Source: Candidatus Dormiibacterota bacterium (lineage in GTDB: Bacteria > Chloroflexota > Dormibacteria > Aeolococcales > Aeolococcaceae). Taken from it: 64,000 nucleotides of DNA. Below the pieces are notes generated by a model. The model was not told the origin of the DNA. It saw only the letters and a program-made list of their open reading frames with translations, and ran no database searches. Location: assembly GCA_963718525.1 (NCBI GenBank), contig OY970355.1:3264001-3328000 (forward strand), read 5' to 3'. The position numbers were made by a program, and so were the translations under genes. Below, one piece after another: positions 59,961 to 64,000 of the stretch (within the stretch, counting starts at the first letter, position 1; each line of letters opens with the position of its first letter).

Positions 59961-61225
59961 GCGCTCTTGTCGGCAGGGGCTTCCTCACCGCGGCGCTGTT
60001 CGCGAACCCTCATCAGATCGATCGCGGTTCGGGCGATCGGTGTGTCGGAGCCGAAGATGCGGTCAAGGGCGAGACGCAGGCCGGTAGTGCTGCAGCCCGC
60101 GATCACCGCGTCAACACCGAGCGTCGACACCTCGAGCCGCGGTGAGAACGGTGAGATCGATGCCAGCGCATCGCCGATCGGCCGCAGCAGCAGATCGCCG
60201 CCACCGGTGCCGATGCCACCTCCCAGGACGACCAGCTCCGGATCGAGCACGGCGGCGACCGCGGCAATCGCGTGAGCAAGACGGCGCGCCTCGATGCGCA
60301 CGACCCGGTCCGCGTTCGGGTCACCGTGGCGGGCCGCGTCGAAGATCGACGCGACCGATGCGGCGGAGCGCACACCGTTCTCTCGCGCCAGCGCAACGAT
60401 CGCTGCTGATCCGACGAGACTCTCGTAAGCGCCGGTTCCCCAGGTCGCGCGATGGCCGTCACCGACCTCGGCATCGAGGTCGAGGCGGAGAAACGCGATC
60501 TCGCCGGCGAGCCCTGCAGCGCCGCGACGGAGCGCGCCGTCGACGAAGACCCCGGTCGCGACCCCGGTGCCGACCGAGAGCAGGACGAAGTCGTCGCTGT
60601 CCTGGGCAACCCCGTGCACGTGCTCCCCAACCGCGGCCATGTTGACGTCGTTCTCGAATACCACCGGGGCTACCAGGGCTTCGCGGATCGCGGGGATCAC
60701 CTTGGGGCTTTCCCAGCCTGCGAGCTGCGGCGCGAGGGACAGATGATCAGCGCCCGGACGCAGAACGCCGGGAGTGCCGACCACAACCTGGTTGATGTCG
60801 TCCAGCGTGATCCCAGCGTCGCCGGTCAGCGTCTCCGCGGCCCGGCGCAACTGCGAGATGACCGCTTTCGCGGTGCTCCGCGGTGTCCGAGCGGCGCAGC
60901 GGCCGACCACCGCACCAGTGAGGTCCACGAGCGCCGCGCGGACCCACTCGCGGCCCACGTCAAGGCTCAGCACCCATCCGGCACGCGGGTTGACGTCGTA
61001 AAGCTGGGCGCTCGGACCCGGCAGACCGCTGGTGCGCCCTACGCGGTGCAGCAGCCCGAGATCCACGAGCTGCCCGAGCACCTCGGAGACCGTCGGCTTG
61101 GAGAGACCGGTGCTCCGGACCAGATGGGGTGCGGCAACGGGTCCGCCCGCATGCACCAGCTCGAAGGTGGTGCGGAGGTTGATCGCGCGAAGCAGACTGG
61201 GCTTCGCAGCTTCCGGAGCCGGCAT
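59957..61225 (-). CDS. ROK family transcriptional repressor (CsnR-like)
   Basis: N-terminal HTH (TGLSKPTVS); ENDVNMAAVGE and AGEIA ROK motifs. Confidence 0.92.
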   Translation of the reverse strand: MPAPEAAKPSLLRAINLRTTFELVHAGGPVAAPHLVRSTGLSKPTVSEVLGQLVDLGLLHRVGRTSGLPGPSAQLYDVNPRAGWVLSLDVGREWVRAALVDLTGAVVGRCAARTPRSTAKAVISQLRRAAETLTGDAGITLDDINQVVVGTPGVLRPGADHLSLAPQLAGWESPKVIPAIREALVAPVVFENDVNMAAVGEHVHGVAQDSDDFVLLSVGTGVATGVFVDGALRRGAAGLAGEIAFLRLDLDAEVGDGHRATWGTGAYESLVGSAAIVALARENGVRSAASVASIFDAARHGDPNADRVVRIEARRLAHAIAAVAAVLDPELVVLGGGIGTGGGDLLLRPIGDALASISPFSPRLEVSTLGVDAVIAGCSTTGLRLALDRIFGSDTPIARTAIDLMRVREQRRGEEAPADKSA

Positions 61226-61288
61226 CACGTGGGTCTCCCGACGAAGGTTAGTAAGGTTGGTTGTCTTCAACATCCTGCCCGACGGCCG

Positions 61289-63262
61289 TCACGGAATGCT
61301 CGGGTCGTCGTCGATCTGCCACGCAAACGCCATCGGGGTGGCGGCGGTGAGGTCGATCGCAGGCTCGTCGGTCGACCACAACTGCACGTTGTCCTGGAAC
61401 ACGGAGGTTGCGCTGTCGAACTGGGCGAACCTGTCGCCGCCATTGCCAGGGCACGTTCGCATGCCCGCCACCAGCCCGGTCGCAGCGAAGGAGTTCGGGC
61501 CTTCCACCGCGGCGCCGGCGAGCACCGGAGGTGCCCCGTTGAGCGATCCCGCCAGGTTGGCGACCTGGTGCTGCATGCACTCGGGGAACGTGCTGCCGTC
61601 GCCAACGATCAGCGAGGTGCCCCACGCATTGGCGCCGAGGATGTTGGCGAGCCAGCGCGAGTCGTACTGCGCAAAGGCTGCGCTGCCGGTGAGCTGGTCG
61701 TATTCGGAGGCCATGACCACGAGGCCGGCACCGTGCGTGGTCGTGTCGAACGTGTCCCAGGAGAATCCGAAGCCGAACGGATCCATACCGCTCTGGCTGA
61801 CGGCCTTGTCGAGCTGCTTGGCCAGGTCGGAGAGGAGTTGAGCTCCGGTCACCTCGACGCTGGGATGACCGGCGTGCTCGATGGCCCGGAAGAGCTCGTA
61901 GTGCGCGAGGCCGCTGACGTCATACAGGTTGAGCGAGTCCGCCGCGTCGTACGGACCGGTGATGTACGCATGCGCCCAGTGCGCCGCCTGGCGCAGGTAG
62001 TACATCGGGTCGGTGGTGGGGACCCCGGCCGGTGCGGGACCCGCGGACAGCGCGTCGTAGAGCTCAGTGGCTCCCCACTCGAGGTCGTCGCGCCATTCCT
62101 TTTCAGGGTAGAAGCCGTACGGCACTGCGGTCTGCAGACGTCCCGGATGGGTATCCGCAAGGGCGAAGACGTCCTCCCCATCCTTGAGACACCCCGCCGC
62201 CTGGACGGGCTCGGTCACCCGGTCCAGCTGATAGCAGAGCGCGAAGTCCGCGGCGAGACGCCCGGCGAGATTGGGGCTGATCAGCGATCCTGGCGGGGCC
62301 GCGCGGAAGACAGGACGGTTGCGGATATATCGATCGGCCGGATTGCTTCCGCCATAGGTGTCATCAACCTGGGGCAGCCGCCAGATGTCGTGGTCACTGA
62401 CGGTCTGGCCGTTGCCTGCGCCGATGCCAACCTGGAGGTAGAGCGTTTTGGTGCTGTCGTTCCACATGTGCTCGAGCCAGCTGAGGCCGAAGGCCGCCTC
62501 GGCGCCGTAGTTGGCGGTTGCCGACCCGGGACCGAGCTGGCTGGGAAAGTCGCGGACGTCGGTCTCCATCATGCCGACGACGTAGCTGGTCGTTTCGGTG
62601 AACTTCAGGTAGTCACCCGCGTCCCACCACCCGCCGGACGCGTCGATGCTCACGCCGAGCGCGGTGAGGGCACCCTTGAAGTTGCCGTTGCTGTTGACGT
62701 CGGGAATGAGATAGGTCATCGCGTTCGCATCGTTGAGGTGCCCCGGGGCGCGTCGCAGCGCGGATGGGATGAAGTGGGCACCGTCGCGCTCGTTCTGATA
62801 GAAGGCCAGTGAGTTGGCCATCGCGGCTGCGTAGAGGTGCGCAGCACTGTCGATGCGAAACGCTGGTGAGCGCACCTGCATCGACCCGTCGCTGACGACG
62901 ATTCGATAGGAGCCGGTGCGGTGAACCGTGTCGAAGTCGAGAGCGTACACGTGGCTGTACGTGCTGCTCCACGATCCCTGGCCGGCGCCGATGCCCGACG
63001 CATACGCGACCACTCCATGCGAGTCCACGACGCGGAATGCTGCGTCGGGCACCGCCCCCGAGGTCATCAGATACGCACGCTTTGTCGCGCCGGTCGCATA
63101 TCCGATCTGGTTGACCCGAACCTGCGCCTGCAGCGCCGGAGCCGCCTGGGCGTCGCTCGCGGGCATCATCGCCGCCACGGTCACGAGCACGCAGGCGGCC
63201 GCCGGCAGGCGATGCCGGATGACCAAGCCCCGACGTGGTGGGCGCTCGGGTTTCGCTGTCAT
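61289..63262 (-). CDS. Secreted GH9 glycoside hydrolase with N-terminal Ig-like domain
   Basis: Signal peptide ending AQA; VRVNQIGY; GGWWDAGDYLKF; C-terminal STDEPAID. Confidence 0.88.
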   Translation of the reverse strand: MTAKPERPPRRGLVIRHRLPAAACVLVTVAAMMPASDAQAAPALQAQVRVNQIGYATGATKRAYLMTSGAVPDAAFRVVDSHGVVAYASGIGAGQGSWSSTYSHVYALDFDTVHRTGSYRIVVSDGSMQVRSPAFRIDSAAHLYAAAMANSLAFYQNERDGAHFIPSALRRAPGHLNDANAMTYLIPDVNSNGNFKGALTALGVSIDASGGWWDAGDYLKFTETTSYVVGMMETDVRDFPSQLGPGSATANYGAEAAFGLSWLEHMWNDSTKTLYLQVGIGAGNGQTVSDHDIWRLPQVDDTYGGSNPADRYIRNRPVFRAAPPGSLISPNLAGRLAADFALCYQLDRVTEPVQAAGCLKDGEDVFALADTHPGRLQTAVPYGFYPEKEWRDDLEWGATELYDALSAGPAPAGVPTTDPMYYLRQAAHWAHAYITGPYDAADSLNLYDVSGLAHYELFRAIEHAGHPSVEVTGAQLLSDLAKQLDKAVSQSGMDPFGFGFSWDTFDTTTHGAGLVVMASEYDQLTGSAAFAQYDSRWLANILGANAWGTSLIVGDGSTFPECMQHQVANLAGSLNGAPPVLAGAAVEGPNSFAATGLVAGMRTCPGNGGDRFAQFDSATSVFQDNVQLWSTDEPAIDLTAATPMAFAWQIDDDPSIP

Positions 63263-63265
63263 GGT

Positions 63266-63280
63266 TAGGAATTCTTCCTA
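63266..63280. promoter_or_regulatory. Palindromic ROK-type operator over the GH9 -10 region
   Basis: TAGGAA-TTC-TTCCTA; minus-strand TTGACA (63299-63294), 17 bp, AAGAAT. Confidence 0.7.
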
Positions 63281-63384
63281 TCAGGCGTGGCGATGTCAAG
63301 CTGGGGTGCCGCCTGGAACTCGGGATCTGAGCTCACGCTCGGGGCAGCGGCATTGCCACCAGGGTTGACCGAGGTGCTGATGTT

Positions 63385-63399
63385 AAGGTAGCTTTCCTA
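63385..63399. promoter_or_regulatory. Second ROK-type operator over the binding-protein promoter
   Basis: AAGGTA-GCT-TTCCTA downstream of TTGACC (63365-63370). Confidence 0.6.
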
Positions 63400-63511
63400 T
63401 AAATTACCGGCCGCGGATCACTTCTCACCCACACTTGCGGGACAACGAGGCTTCGGAGGAACCCGGATGGTATGGACGTGGCGATCGAACAGGAACCCAG
63501 CCGCCAGCTGG

Positions 63512-64000
63512 ATGCGACGGTTCAAGCCGATCAGCCTTGTCGTCGTGGCGGGGGTGCTGGCCGCAGCCTGTGGCTCGGCGACCACAGGTGGCGGCGGGGG
63601 TGGGACGAGCAACAGCGGCAAGGTGGGCGGCAAGCTGCTCATCGACAACGAGAGCGGCAGCACCTGGACCTGCCAGTTCAACCCGTTCAATCCGTCGGTG
63701 AACATCACATCTGTCGGATTCGTCTACGAGCCCCTGGAGTTCATCAACATCCTCCAGACAAACGCCGACGGCACGCCCAAGGTGATGCCGTGGCTCGCAA
63801 CGGGATCGACGTGGAGCAACGACTTCACCACATTGACGATGACCATCAGAAGTGGCGTGAAGTGGAGCGACGGGTCCGCGTTCAGCGCCAGCGACGTGGT
63901 CTACACCTTCAATGCCCTGAAAGGCGATGCCGCACTCGACCTCAATGCCCTCTGGGCGTCGGATAGCGGTCCACTCACCAGCGTGGCGCCGCAGGGCAGC
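63512..64000 (+). CDS. ABC transporter substrate-binding lipoprotein, family 5 (3' truncated)
   Basis: MRRFKPISLVVVAGVLAAAC lipobox; FNPFN, VYEPL, PWLA and RSGVKWSDG..FSASDVVYTF motifs. Confidence 0.88.
   Translation, partial: MRRFKPISLVVVAGVLAAACGSATTGGGGGGTSNSGKVGGKLLIDNESGSTWTCQFNPFNPSVNITSVGFVYEPLEFINILQTNADGTPKVMPWLATGSTWSNDFTTLTMTIRSGVKWSDGSAFSASDVVYTFNALKGDAALDLNALWASDSGPLTSVAPQGS

Noticed and set aside
1-64000. Prophage, IS element, integrase or defence system
   Set aside because: No such protein motifs were recognised in any frame

Overview
High-GC bacterial chromosome segment. Gene content suggests a Terrabacteria soil organism, plausibly Chloroflexota/Ca. Dormibacterota-like (inference only). 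Most of the window is core housekeeping: polA-mutM-GT4-uvrB; radA-yacL-ispD-ispF-cysS-rlmB-yacP/rae1-fabF; gatCAB-rlmD-like-dnaE; lgt, pcm, dnaK, lhr; tRNA-Thr(TGT) and tRNA-Leu(CAA). Accessory patches with broken genes lie 3' of both tRNAs, and several membrane-anchored beta-propeller proteins and signalling genes are scattered through. The best signals are: (1) an amino-sugar locus at the right end (ROK repressor, GH4, kinase, SIS protein, secreted GH9, family-5 binding lipoprotein) with CsnR-type TAGGAA-N3-TTCCTA operators over both divergent promoters, suggesting a chitosan regulon that uses a GH9; (2) near-identical LexA-type boxes in the promoters of radA, lhr and the replicative-type dnaE; (3) pervasive apparent leaderless promoters; (4) a ~165-nt structured intergenic element at 3361-3526; (5) a cytochrome-c'-like protein lacking the CxxCH cysteines. 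Several frameshifts are single-base duplications and may be sequencing errors. No CRISPR array, integrase, transposase or rRNA was seen.
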